Assembly (NCBI GenBank): GCA_012295275.1
Contig: CM022675.1
Coordinates: forward strand, 6,324,001 to 6,388,000
From: Chrysomallon squamiferum
Lineage: Eukaryota; Animalia; Mollusca
Length of the DNA stretch: 64,000 nucleotides
Reading direction: 5' to 3'
Of the stretch, positions 29,100 through 43,302 are shown piece after piece; positions within the stretch are counted from its first letter, which is position 1; every line of letters starts with the position of its first letter. Made by a program: the position numbers and the translations under genes. Below the pieces are notes generated by a model. It saw only the letters and a program-made list of their open reading frames with translations. It had not been told where the DNA came from and did not search any database.

Positions 29100-29873
29100 C
29101 ACATTATCCAAAACCTGAATTTGATTTTGTGAAATGACAGATTGAAAACAAATAGAAAAAACTCAATACAAATTATTAAGATGTTTTTCTCTCGTTTTAC
29201 CTTCGTTTCTTTCTGTCTTAACAGTTTCCATTGTTAGAAAATTTCACAATTTATTGATTTATTCTGAGCAGTTTATACATAGAATTAATTTCTATTATTT
29301 TGAATTGTCAAACTTTTGAAACGATTCAATGCAATGACTCAGTGTTTTAATATTTATTTTAAATACTTTTTTAGTTATATTATTTTAAATGTTTCTTTTA
29401 TGTATTATTAATGTTGGTATTAGTATTACTAGTAGTATTATCATCATCATCATTCTGAATTGTCAACTTTAGTAACTGTTCAATGTAATGTCATATTTTC
29501 TAATATTTATTTTATATTATTTACTTAGTTATATCATTTTAGATGTTTCTTTTTCATATTATTACTTATATTTTTTACAATTATTTATTTATTTATTTAT
29601 TTGTTCATTATTATTATTATTATTATTTATTATTATTATTTATTTATTTATTTATTTGTTCATTATTATTATTATTTTTATTATAACTTATTTTTTCAAA
29701 ATTATATATTTAGTTATTTATTTATTTATTTATTTATTTATTATTATTATTATTTATTTTTTTTTACTTTTCATTCTATATTAATCTTTTTTTTTTTCAT
29801 TCTGATTGATTTTGTTTGGTGTCGCTTAATGTATTAGATAAATTAAATCTTTCTAATTTATTTATTTATTTAT

Positions 29874-29932
<59 letters not shown>

Positions 29933-29992
29933 TATTTTTCATATTATTTCTTATTTTTTCACAATTATATATTATTTATTTATTATTATTAT

Positions 29993-30036
<44 letters not shown>

Positions 30037-32370
30037 TTTTCATTCTATATTAATCTTTTTTTTTCTCTTTTTTTTCATTCTGATTGATTGTGTTTGGTGT
30101 CGCTTAGTGTATTAGATAAATTAGATCTTTTTAATTTTTTTCTACTAAAATAATAGTCTGCTTACAGCATTTGATATGATCATCTACTTTTTTATTTCAA
30201 ATTTAAAAGGGTAAATGAAGGAAAAAAAGTTAACTTTTACCAAATTTTATTGTTTTATAATCTGTGTTTCACAGAGACATAATTATTAATTATTCTTGCA
30301 ATCATAAAATTTAAATTTTATCCAGGTTCTAATTTCTTTTAATTTTAATTTAAACTGGTCTGAATGCAGAGGAAAAGCCCCCACAACAACAAACAAATTT
30401 AGTACCTAAGTTTTCTGCTTGTTTTATCATAATAAATAACTGTTTTCCTCAGACAAAGTGTAAACAAATATTAAATATGATTTTATTTACTGGATCATGC
30501 TAAATTTAAAAGCAAATGAAGAAAAAAAGTGAATTACAATCTTGACTGTTTAATATTTATAACTAATTTTATATAAATAAGATCACTGATTTATTTGTCA
30601 GTAACCAACATTTATAACCAATGATTAGTATTTAAGTTGTCAAAAACTAATATTTATACCAATGATCACTATTTTACTTCTCTTTAGATAATATTTATAT
30701 TAGTGATCACTATTTTATTTGTCACTAATATTTATATCACTCTAATTAATATTTTACTTCTTTTATTATCATCAACATTTCGCTGAGTCAAAACCTATTA
30801 TTTATGTAGACCGATCACTTTTTATCGTTTTACAAAATATTTACAATTACATCACATCTAATTTGGAGAGAAACATTTTTGTAACAGTACCCACAGTATA
30901 GTTTTTACTTATGTCGTTAAGACAAGATATTATTTCCTCTCGTATGTTTTGCAATAATGATCTTATGTTGACTTGTAACTTACATAAATTTAGTGTGTTG
31001 ATCACTCTTTCTTATCTCAGTAATATAACTGTCCATACCTTAATTATCATTATTTTTGTTAATATTTGTATATTGCTTTTACTGTTTTTAAGTTCTTACT
31101 AACAAACATCTATAACAAGCTAATCACTCTTTTTACTACATACATATCTTTTTATTTTTGTGATGCTTCTATAATTAGTAATTAGTAGCATCATGCAATA
31201 ACAATTTTAATCGTTCGTAACATATTCTTATACAGTCTGATCACTAATTCACTTATTACTAACAGAAATATTTATAAGCGACTATTTATTTTTTTCTTAG
31301 CTAATGAAGCAACTAAAAAGAGGTCATTTGTTTATTAATAATATGTGTGTGTGCATAGATAGATAGATAGAGATACAGACAGATAGACAGATAGATAGAT
31401 AGATAGATAGATAGATACATAGATAGATAGATAGATAGATAGATAGATCTGTTATTAAGTAAAATAAAAATAAAGAAAACCATAATTATCATCATAATCG
31501 TCGTGGTCTAAAAATAATAATTATTATTATTGTTGTTGTTGTTAATCTTATTATTTTGTTGTTGAAGTAATAACAATGGTTGCATATTGTTGAACATTTT
31601 ATTAAGAACTGTGTGTCTGATTAATTTTATATTTATTTATTTAATTAATTACTTATTTATTTATTTATCTTTTTTGTGTACAACTGTTAGTTACAGATAT
31701 GCGTAGAAGTATTTATATTTAGTTTGACTGATCATTGTGTTATTTACTTTTCTCTTCCTCTGGCCATTCTCTCTGTACTGTTATTTACTTTTGTCTGTAT
31801 GTCTCTGTGCACTGTACTGTGTTATTAAAAAAAAACACAAAGAAATGTGACGTCACTGTCATAATATGCTCCACATCTGATGTTTTCGATTTTAGCCTGA
31901 TAAAATCAAGTTTTCCTTCTTTCTCTCTTTTTTCCTTCTTTTTTCTTCTTTATTTATTTATTTATATATTCATTTATTTTTTCATTCATTCATTCATTTA
32001 AATTTGATTGCTAATGTCTAGCTTGACATCAATTACACCAGTGTATGCCTTTATTCTTCTTTTTCTTCTTCTCCTTCTTCTTCTTGTTCTTCTTTTACTT
32101 ATTAATAATAGTAGTAGTAGTAGTAGTAGCAGTAGTAGCAGTAGTAGTACAATGATTATAATTATTATTTTTATGTTACTATAATTTTCTTTTTCAAAAC
32201 GGAAACAGTTTAAATCAAAGACAATTCCCATTTCAGTGTATTCAATACACTGCGCAATAGATAAATACATAAATAACCATATAGATATGATATAAATATC
32301 GCGAAGTGATATAACAAAACAACTGAATTGTTTCTATAACCTCAACAACAACAACAATAATAATAACAAA

Positions 32371-32404
<34 letters not shown>

Positions 32405-32534
32405 TCAATAATAATAAGTAAAATAATAACAACAACACCAACAATAATAATAATAATAATAACAATAATAATTCAATCCTAAAACCGCTTGATCACCTCG
32501 TTATCGAAATATTGAACCTACACTGATCTACATA

Positions 32535-32658
32535 GTTTCGTCTTACAAATTATTTCCCGGTGTTTCTAAAAGGATCATTTACAGAGCGAGCGGACGGCGT
32601 AGAAACTGTTTGAATTTGTTAATTCACAATTTCGAATCTAATTCCATTTACACCACAG
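32535..32658 (+). other. Putative non-coding first exon of TRIM-like copy 3 (copies also at 20689-20812 and 22377-22500)
   Basis: Locally CpG-richer segment ending CACAG|GTAAGG; conserved against the diverged paralog 7712-7832. Confidence 0.4.
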
Positions 32659-33282
32659 GTAAGGCACATTTATACAATACTGTTTTCCTCTCTTTAGCTT
32701 GTAATGATAAAACTTGAATTGTCGTTGGGTTTATCCGAGACTTCGCTTTCCATAATGTTTTGATTTGAAAGCAATACACCCTTTCTGTGAGAAACAAGAA
32801 CAACAACAACAAGAAAAAAGAAAAAATGAACGCATTAAGATTTACCAATGAATAGGAAACGAGGATATAAATTTAAGTTAATTAAAGGAACATTTAATTA
32901 AACTTTGCCTTGTAATTGTTACTGCGTGCATTCTTATTAATGAAATATCCATTCTGAAGGAAGGCGAATTTCCGTCACATAGATCCGGTATCCATTTCTT
33001 TATTTTATTATATTTTCAGTCCATAATGATGTTGATGATAATAACAATAATTATGATTTCCTTTAGTTTTCACTTAGTTAATAAACCTTTTAGTAAAAAG
33101 AAAATAAAAAAATTAGTGTATATCCATATCTAGGTAGATAGCTAGATAGAGAGATAGAGAGAGAGAGAGAAGGGGGAGAGAGACAGAAAGATAGATAGAT
33201 TGATAGATAGATAGATAGATAGATTCTTAGATAGATATTGACATTAATATATATTTTACTGTTAATCACTAGTGCTAATAGT

Positions 33283-36250
33283 TCACTACGTACAGTGTTA
33301 TTTACTTCTGTCTTCTTCTCTGTGTTCACTACGTAAAGTGTTATTTACTTTTGTCTTTATCTCTCTCTTTACTATGTACATTGTTATTTACTTTTGTCTT
33401 CTTCTCTCTGTTCACTACGTATAGTGTTATTTACTTTTGTCTTTATCTCTCTCTTTACTATGTTATTTACTTTTGTCTTCTTCTCTGTGTTCACTACGTA
33501 AAGTGTTATTTACTTTTGTCTTTATCTCTCTCTTTACTATGTACATTGTTATTTACTTTTCTCTTCTTCTCTCTGTTCACTACGTATAGTGTTATTTACT
33601 TTTGTCTTTATCTCTCTCTTTACTATGTACATTGTTATTTACTTTTGTCTTCTCTCTGTTCACTACGTACAGTGTTATTTACTTTTGTCTTTATCTCTCT
33701 CTTTACTATGTACATTGTTATTTACTTTTCTCTTCTTCTCTCTGTTCAGTACGTAAAGTGTTACTTACTTTTGTCTTCATCTCTCTGTTCAGTACGTACT
33801 ATGTTATTTACTTTTGTCTTCATCTCTGTGTTCAGTACGTACTGTGTTATTTACTTTTGTCTTCATCTCTCTGTTCACTACGTACAGTCTTATTTACTTT
33901 TGTCTTCTTCTCTCTGTCCACTACGTACAGTCTTATTTACTTTTGTCTTCTTCTCTGTGTTCACTACGTATAGTGTTATTTACTTTTGTCTTCTTCTCTC
34001 TGTCCACTACGTAAAGTGTTATTTACTTTTCTCTTTATCTCTCTCTTTACTATGTATAGTGTTATTTACTTTTGTCTTCTTCTCTCTGTCCACTATGTAC
34101 AGTGTTATTTACTTCTGTCTTTATCTCTGTGTTCACTACATACTGTGTTATTTACTTTTGTCTTTATCTCTGTGTTCAGTACGTATAGTGTTATTTACTT
34201 TTGTCTACATCTCTCTGTTCACTACGTAAAGTGTTATTTACTTTTGTCTTCTTCTCTGTGTTCACTACGTACAGTGTTATTTACTTTTGTCTTCTTGTCT
34301 GTGTTCAGTACGTACAGTGTTATTTACTTTTGTCTTCTTCTCTGTGTTCACTACGTACAGTCTTATTTACTTTTGTCTTCATTTCTGTGTTCACTACGTA
34401 CATTGTTATTTACTTTTGTCTTCTTCTCTGTGTTCACTACGTACAGTGTTATTTACTTTTGTCTTCATCTCTCTGTTCACTACGTACATTGTTATTTACT
34501 TTTGTCTTCTTCTCTGTGTTCACTACGTACAGTGTTATTTACTTTTGTCTTCATTTCTGTGTTCACTACGTACATTCTTATTTACTTTTGTCTACATCTC
34601 TCTGTTCACTACGTATAGTGTTATTTACTTTTGTCTTCTTCTCTGTGTTCACTACGTACAGTCTTATTTACTTCTGTCTTTATCTCTGTGTTCACTACGT
34701 ACTGTGTTATTTACTTTTGTCTTCATCTCTCTGTTCATTACGTAGAGTGTTATTTACTTTTGTCTACATCTCTCTGTTCACTACGTAGAGTGTTATTTAC
34801 TTTTGTCTTCTTCTCTCTGTTCAGTACGTACAGTGTTATTTACTTTTGTCTACATCTCTCTGTTCACTACGTAGAGTGTTATTTACTTTTGTCTTCATCT
34901 CTCTGTTCAGTACGTACTATGTTATTTACTTTTGTCTTCATCTCTGTGTTCACTACGTATAGTGTTATTTACTTTTGTCTTCTTCTCTCTGTTCACTACG
35001 TAAAGTGTTATTTACTTTTGTCTTCTTCTCTCTGTTCACTAAGTATAGTGTTATTTACTTCTGTCTTCTTCTCTCTGTTCACTACGTAGAGTGTTATTTA
35101 CTTTTGTCTTCTTCTCTCTGTCCACTACGTAAAGTGTTATTTACTTTTCTCTTTATCTCTCTCTTTACTATGTATAGTGTTATTTACTTTTGTCTTCTTC
35201 TCTCTGTCCACTATGTACAGTGTTATTTACTTCTGTCTTTATCTCTGTGTTCACTACATACTGTGTTATTTACTTTTGTCTTTATCTCTGTGTTCAGTAC
35301 GTATAGTGTTATTTACTTTTGTCTACATATCTCTGTTCACTACGTAAAGTGTTATTTACTTTTGTCTGCTTCTCTGTGTTCACTACGTATAGTGTTATTT
35401 ACTTTTCTCTTCTTCTCTGTGTTCACTACGTACAGTGTTATTTACTTTTGTCTTCTTGTCTGTGTTCAGTACGTACAGTGTTATTTACTTTTGTCTTCTT
35501 CTCTGTGTTCACTACGTACAGTCTTATTTACTTTTGTCTTCATTTCTGTGTTCACTACGTACATTGTTATTTACTTTTGTCTTCTTCTCTGTGTTCACTA
35601 CGTACAGTGTTATTTACTTTTGTCTTCATTTCTCTGTTCACTACGTACATTGTTATTTACTTTTGTCTTCTTCTCTGTGTTCACTACGTACAGTGTTATT
35701 TACTTCTGTCTTTATCTCTGTGTTCACTACGTACTGTGTTATTTACTTTTGTCTTCATCTCTCTGTTCACTACGTAGAGTGTTATTTACTTTTGTCTACA
35801 TCTCTCTGTTCACTACGTAGAGTGTTATTTACTTTTGTCTTCTTCTCTCTGTTCAGTACGTACAGTGTTATTTACTTTTGTCTACATCTCTCTGTTCACT
35901 ACGTAGAGTGTTATTTACTTTTGTCTTCATCTCTCTGTTCAGTACGTACTATGTTATTTACTTTTGTCTTCATCTCTGTGTTCACTACGTATAGTGTTAT
36001 TTACTTCTGTCTTCTTCTCTCTGTTCACTACGTAAAGTGTTATTTACTTTTGTCTTCTTCTCTCTGTTCACTAAGTATAGTGTTATTTACTTCTGTCTTC
36101 TTCTCTCTGTTCACTACGTAGAGTGTTATTTACTTTTGTCTTCTTCTCTCTGTTCACTACGTACTGTGTTATTTACTTCTGTCTTTATCTCTGTGTTCAC
36201 TACGTACAGTCTTATTTACTTTTGTCTTCATCTCTCTGTTCACTACTTAG
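33283..36250 (+). repeat. 43-bp minisatellite, about 69 units (gtgttatttacttttgtcttcttctctctgttcactacgtaca)
   Basis: Regular 43-bp period; accounts for the repetitive ORFs at 33351-36121. Confidence 0.98.
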
Positions 36251-36367
36251 TGTGTTATGTTTTCTATTTGAGTCCGATTAATTCAAATTTTTATTTATTT
36301 ATTTACTTATTTATTTATTTATTTGTTATTATTGTTGTTGTTGTAGTTTTTATTATTCTAATTACTG

Positions 36368-36484
<117 letters not shown>

Positions 36485-37320
36485 GATATAAAAGGATAAA
36501 TAAATAAAGGTTAAAAGGTTAAAAATAAGAGCATTTAAATTTTTTTTTTTATAAATGCAGCTATAAAGGCGTATACTAGATATCATTTTGTGGTCTGACG
36601 TGAAACAGATTTATATATCGTGCTAAATCATTCGGCTTCACGATTACCCCGTATTGCTGCATTTTCCCGCACAAATGGGTTCTTTTATCGTCTGCTTAAT
36701 AAACAATGCCGTCGTGGTAGTTGTTCTGCAGAGCGTTACAATTTGCGTCTTTTTTAGCAGCACTTTATCTCTCATATCAAGATCTTATTTCTTCTGTTTT
36801 TCCTTCGAGGAGACGTATAAAGTGTACGATGTCGTAGCTGGGGTGGGAAAGGTCAGCGTCGTATTTGTAACCTATACCTCATGCAAGGAGATATATTACC
36901 TCTTGTTTGTTTCAATAACAAGTGTGCAGGTGGACTGCACCCAATGAAACAGTCTATTCACGAAGGACTTTATAAAGAACATTTATCAGATTTTATCTAT
37001 AAGGAATGTTAATATGTGGTGACTGAATGTCCAGATTCAAAAGTACATGTAAAATAATTGTTTTCTAAATATAACATGAATACAAATAAAACTAAAATTA
37101 TGGGTTGGTAATTCACCTGTTTATTCTGCACATACTGTATTGTTTTGATTTTCTTTCTGATTATACCATCTACGGATATAGATTAGTATTAATAAAAATA
37201 ATAACAGCAACAGCTACAACTATAACAGCAACAATAATAATAATTGTTATTATAATAATAAAAATAACAATAATAATAATAATAATAACAATAATTATAA
37301 TGAAAGCAATAATAATAATA

Positions 37321-37377
<57 letters not shown>

Positions 37378-37954
37378 GTTATTGTTATTATTATTATTAT
37401 TATAAGAACAACAACAAGCCCTGACGTAGCGTACTAAATGTAAAATGGTTAACTTGCAGTTTCTGTCATAGATAATAATAATGTTATCCCTGATATAGCG
37501 TAGTAAATGTAAAATAGGTGACTTTCTGTTCCTGTTACAAATAATGGTTTATTTATTGTTAAAAATGATACGTTCATCTCCGCTATGGACGTCAATTCTT
37601 TCCATTTTTCGTGTTTTTGTACGCAGACTAGTTTTAAAAAGCATGTTATTAATGTTAGTTATCTTTGTAATATACATAGGAGCATCTATGAATATTGCAT
37701 GTATCTTAATAATAATAAGGAATAAATAAATAAATGAAAAAATTAAAAAATAAATAAGTAAACAAACAAAAGAACAAGAAAATAAACAATATATTTGTAA
37801 ATATTTGAGGATGAAATAATAATTTTAAACTCGATGTGTTCAGTGTTGTTACAATATATTCGGACAAGGGAGGAGGACAAATCTTACCAAGCAAAAACAC
37901 TATTGAGCAAATGTTTGTAAAAAAAAAAAAAAAAAAGTCAGGAAGAAATAAGTC

Positions 37955-40446
37955 GTGTATGTACCCCATGAGAAAATTCATACTATTCATCATCTGATGC
38001 TTTTGACCAGCTTGAAAATGAATATCTGTAATTTGATAATATGTATAACACGATGTATCTTACTGGTTACTTCACTAGTAAAACAGCTGACACTAATGAT
38101 TCTATTGTTACTGAGCAAAGACAAAGTATATATTGATGTTACATATATTAATATATCGAGTATCAAAGCATAAAAAGAAAATTAGCTATGGTCGTATTCT
38201 CCTTTACTTCTGTAGATATAGTAACATGTTTGTTATCAATGGTAGAGTAGGTGAAGATAAATATGTAGGGGAATATATTTGCAAAGATGCTAGTGGCGTT
38301 GATTACTCCATTCCAAATGTTAAATGTGTGTCCCAATAAAAAGCGTTTCTATTCTGCCATTTTCTTCTTCTTTATCTTCTTCTACTTCTGTGTATCAAAC
38401 TACGTAGACAAATAAATCCTGAGAATACTGTAGTTTTTACTTCATCAAGGAAGTCCCAAAGAAATGGTATAATAATAAATAAACACGAATTCTGCCATAA
38501 CTTTAAAAAGCAGAAGCATTCGTGAACGGAAATATCCCAAAAATTATAAAAGTGAAAATCAGCGGATGTTCATTCTGAATTTTTATATAATATAGTCTGA
38601 TATAAATGGTCTCTGATATATATATATATATATATAACAGCAACTAAAGATATATTTGGGAAGAAACCCACCTGAAATACATAAAAATCATTATAATAAG
38701 GCCTGGTTTATCGGAGCTTGAAAACTGCAAGAAAGGAATTTATTAAATACGATGTTAATGTACTATTTATTGTTCAATACTATATATTTGACAGAGCAAT
38801 TACACCATCCGGTTGGACTCATTAAGGCAATATATAAAAATAAAGGTACTCGAAATGATCCTGAAAGTAACATTATTAAGCTGTTTAGATGAATTATTTA
38901 CATCTGTACTTAATTCTCGACTAAATAAGTATGCACTTGAAAGCAACCTGATTTTAGAAAATCAAGTTAGGTTTCGTAAAAATTATTCAACGACAGATTA
39001 TGTATTTCCTTCACACTCGCTAATTATTTTAATGAACAAATGTGAAAAGAAACTGTGTTGTACTTTTATAGATTTTGAGAAAGCTTTCGATATAGTCTGG
39101 AGACTGGATTATGGAATAAGTGAGTAGGTTTCTTATAACACAAAAATCAGTTAAGCAACAAAGTGGGCGTAAACATGTTTGACTGTATTTCAGTTACACG
39201 TCTAAAGTTTTTTAAATGTTTTGCATTGTATGGAAACAACTGCGTTATACTCCAAATAATATTGTTTTACAATATGAACAAATATTTAATGAAATAACAC
39301 AGTGCACTTTTAAGATCAAAATGGAAAATGTTTTATTGTCTTAGTAAATATGTATAAAGACACTAAGGCTAGAATTACAGCGAACGGTTTTGTTACCTGA
39401 TAGTCTTAACTGTGAAATGGCTGTCAGTCAAGAAGAAAATATCTCGCCATTTTCCTTCATTTATTTTTCTTAGAGAAATTTCTTACAGGTAATAAAGGAA
39501 ATGACTAGAATCAATCACAGCAATGTTTGATGAAGAATTTATTGTTCGTTTCAAGCTTTTTATTCTACTATCTGCTAACGATTTTATACCGGATGCTCTA
39601 AAACATAATCTTAACATTTTTGCTAATTATTGCCGACTATGGAGATTTAAAGTTAATATAAATAGAACTAAAATAATGATTTTCAGTAAAGGGAGGAAAT
39701 TTCGTGATTATATATTTAAATTCGATGGAGTGATTATTGATATAGTAGATAACTATAAATATTTGGACATACACTTTACATGAAACACTTTGTTCAATTT
39801 CAACGTAAAACAACTATATAACAAAGCAATGAAAACTATGCATAGCCTAATAGCTAAAATTATCAGAATAATCTCTCCGTAATATTTGTCAAATTAATAC
39901 AACCAAATTGTATTGTATGGTTGTGAAATACGGGGTTTTACAAATGTACAAGTAGTAGAAAGACTCCATATGAAATTCTGTAAGTATTTACTAAGTGTTA
40001 ATAAATGTTCCCCTGGTTTAATGATCTATGGTGAACTAGGATGGTATCCTCTTTGTATTTCTATAAAAGTAAGAATAATAATCGTTTGGGGAACCTAATA
40101 TGCAAAAGTCAAAACAAGATTTCCTCACAGCTATATTATTTAATGCATGTTATCGATTCTCCTTGGAACAATTTGTAATACATATCTTAGATGTTTCTGG
40201 TTTAAAATATAATGTTAAATAGTTATGTGAAACGGTATACAAAATATTACATGATCAGTATGTACAAATATGGAAGAATGGAACAGAAAATCTCCAAAGG
40301 GTATGACAGAGAAATACGAGAGACATCCAGATATAATTTCATATAATAATTTAACAGTGAAAAAAAATATATATATATATATGTAATACATTATTCTCTG
40401 TATTGTAACCCTACAGTTTATGAGAATAAAGTCACTGTCGTTGTCC
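37955..40446 (+). mobile_element. Decayed non-LTR retrotransposon retaining reverse-transcriptase motifs
   Basis: VTLLSCLDELFTSVLNSRL..ENQVRFRKNYSTTDYVF..FIDFEKAFDIVWR; KLFILLSAND (YADD position); YCRLWRFKVNINRTKIMIF..VDNYKYLDIHF; LYGCEIRGF..IYGELGWYPL; many stops and frameshifts. Confidence 0.92.
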
Positions 40447-40803
40447 TTAACTTTTAAAGTTCACGAGGTCGCTGTTACTTCATTGTCACATGATCTAGAT
40501 ATGTTCCGCTTTGAAATAGTCATCGTGAAGTTTGTCACATACACGAGCTAGGAAAGGACACACTTTATGCTTTCTTTAATCTATTTGTTTTCTTTAAAAG
40601 TAAAATAAATAATCATAATAATAATAAAATCAAATTTGGCAAGTTCTTAAAATAAACAAATAATTTCGTGGAGGTGTTTACTATTTTATTTATTTATTTA
40701 TTTTTTTTTTTTTATTATTATTTTTTTTTTTATTTATATATTTATTTATTTATTTATATATTTATTTATTTATTTATTTAATGATGGTATTATTATTATC
40801 TTT

Positions 40804-40834
<31 letters not shown>

Positions 40835-41082
40835 TTATTATTATTTGATATATTTCTTTAAGTGATGAATGTGATTCTGTTTTGAATATCGTTTATCATG
40901 ATGTAGATATATCATTGTCATATGTAGATATTTCAAATCATATTTCAAAATATCCGAGAAAGTGATTAATAATAATAATATTTATCAAAGTATTATCATA
41001 AAAAATTATATTGTGTGCACTTTATTCTAATGAAGATGATGATGATGTTGATGATTATTATTATTATTATTATTATTATTAT

Positions 41083-41125
<43 letters not shown>

Positions 41126-41563
41126 ATTAAAATTAAAATTCATTTATCCACAAAACATGGCATACTTTCTTGATATTATCTAAGAGAGCAGGAGAAGCAT
41201 TGTTTATTTTGATCACATTACTAAGTGTTAGTGAATGTAGCTATACATAATGTCAGAAAACTCTTTATACCTCCCAGCTTGCTATAACACAAAACAAAAC
41301 CAATTGAGGAACAAAGTGTGCGTTATAAACAACTTTGATTGCATTTCAGTTAAACGTCTAAAGTTGTTTATCTGTCTATTTACTTTTTTAATTACTTTTC
41401 AGGTTGCCCACGTGTCATTTGTATTCTCAAGATTCACTTTCAACATCCACCAGAGATCAGCATCGCTGACAACTACATCAACACTACGACAGTATAATCA
41501 CTGCGACAGATCAACTCTAAAATCAAATTCACCAACATTATAAGTACACTTAAGAAAACGAAA

Positions 41564-43302
41564 ATGAGTAAGTGAAAACTAAAGAATTGACTTTGATGAA
41601 ACACCATTAACTGATCAAATATTTATGTTCCTAATATGTTTATTTTCATAGCAAGCATCAGATTAATAAATATTATCAATACATTGAAGAAATCGAAAAT
41701 AAGTAAAAGAGTAAAAAGTCCACTGTGGAAACATGATTAATTGATCAAGAGTTTATATATTTAATCAAGTTTGAATTGTGTTAATTGTATATGATAACTG
41801 ACACTAAAATGTGTAGTAGTTAAAACTTTGAATTTGTTTTTGATAAAAAGTATTACAAACATCATTCTTGTTTTCAATAAACATTTTTGTTATTGTTTAT
41901 ACATTTGTATTATTAAACTGTAAACATAGAAATTATTGTTTACAATGTTAATTTTACTTCTGCTATTAATAAGAAATTAATGTAAATATTTACATTTCTA
42001 GATGTCGAAGTTTATCCTCAAAACATTAAATCAATCTGTGACTATCTGAAGTCTAGCAAACAAATTTTAATACAGACGAAGGAATCTGAAGAGGAAAGAG
42101 TTCGCAGAGATTTAAACTTAATTGTAGAGAATGCAGTCCGTGAGATAGACAGACAGGTGAAGCAGAAAACACGATCAATTCAAGCAGAAGGGGAAAAATT
42201 AAAAGAAAAAATTGAAAAGTCAAAAGCAAATATTGAAAACAAAATCCGAGATTGTTTTAAAAAATATACAGAACAGATTAATGCATGTGACGAAATGATC
42301 AATTTAGGCGAAGATCTTTTAAATAATCATTCAGAAGTTCGCAATAAGAAAAACATTGATCGTTTTACTGAACAACATAAAAAAACATCAGATTTTCTGG
42401 CAAAAGACAGAGAAGGTGAAATTCAGGTTGTTGAAATTCAGAAACCAAACATTAAATTTGTACCAGAAACTCAAAGCATACAGCTGCACTTAATACTCAC
42501 ACACGTAGACAGAGAGTCAGACAGATTGAACCCAACAAAAACAATTGACACACAACTACTTTATCCGTCTTCCATCCTGGTCTTAGGAAAAGAAACACAA
42601 ACTATAATTATTTTAACTGATAACAAACAAAACAGTGTAAAATGTTTCGCTCTTGCAGATTCTAAATTTCTTAGTGAATTCAAACTTGAAAGTGAACCTT
42701 TTGGTCTTTGTGAATCAAAAGACAGTCACGTTGTTGTCACTTTGCCAAATAGCTATAAAATTTTATATTTTTATGTCGCAGGTGAAAGTTTACATGTGAG
42801 TAAAACACTGAACACTAACAAAAAATACTGCTGTATTTCAATGTTACAAGAGAACCGTCTGGCGGTCAGCTATACGTGGTGGATGATGTCTGATTATGTG
42901 GACATATTGGACGAGGACTGTCACGTTGTTCGTTCATTGTCAGTAGCGTTTCCAAATATCAAGGCTCTAACAGTGAAAGATGAGTCTCTGCTTCTTGTAT
43001 CTAGGAGTACTGTAACATGTATGACGTCATGTGGTGACGTCACATGGAGGTCAAATCCTGAGAATATGTTGTTTTATCGTCGTCTGTTTGGTGTTACATG
43101 TGACACAGACGGGTTTGTTTATGTCTGTAATGTTGCTAGAAATTGTATTGTCCAGTTATCACCTAGTGGACAAATTCTCCGTGACATTGTCACTGACCAG
43201 GATGGACTGTCCAGACCACTACGTCTCCATTTTCATAAAAATGTACTTTACGTAGCACAGGAGGATGGTCAAGTCAAAATATTTACTTGGAAGAAAGGTT
43301 AA
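41564..43302 (+). CDS. TRIM-like coiled-coil + NHL/beta-propeller protein, copy 3; exons 41564-41567 and 42002-43302, 434 aa
   Basis: ATG A|GTAAGT ... TTCTAG|AT gives MNVEVYPQNIKSICDYLKSSKQILIQTKESEEERVRRDL..., in frame with ORF 42157-43302. Confidence 0.85.

Larger units (their letters stand above)
23388..33290 (+). repeat. Segmental duplication unit 2
   Basis: Near-identical to 11302-21480. Confidence 0.95.

Noticed and set aside
33351-36121. Long hydrophobic ORFs of 150-290 aa
   Set aside because: Translations of the 43-bp minisatellite, open in several frames only because the unit is stop-poor on this strand
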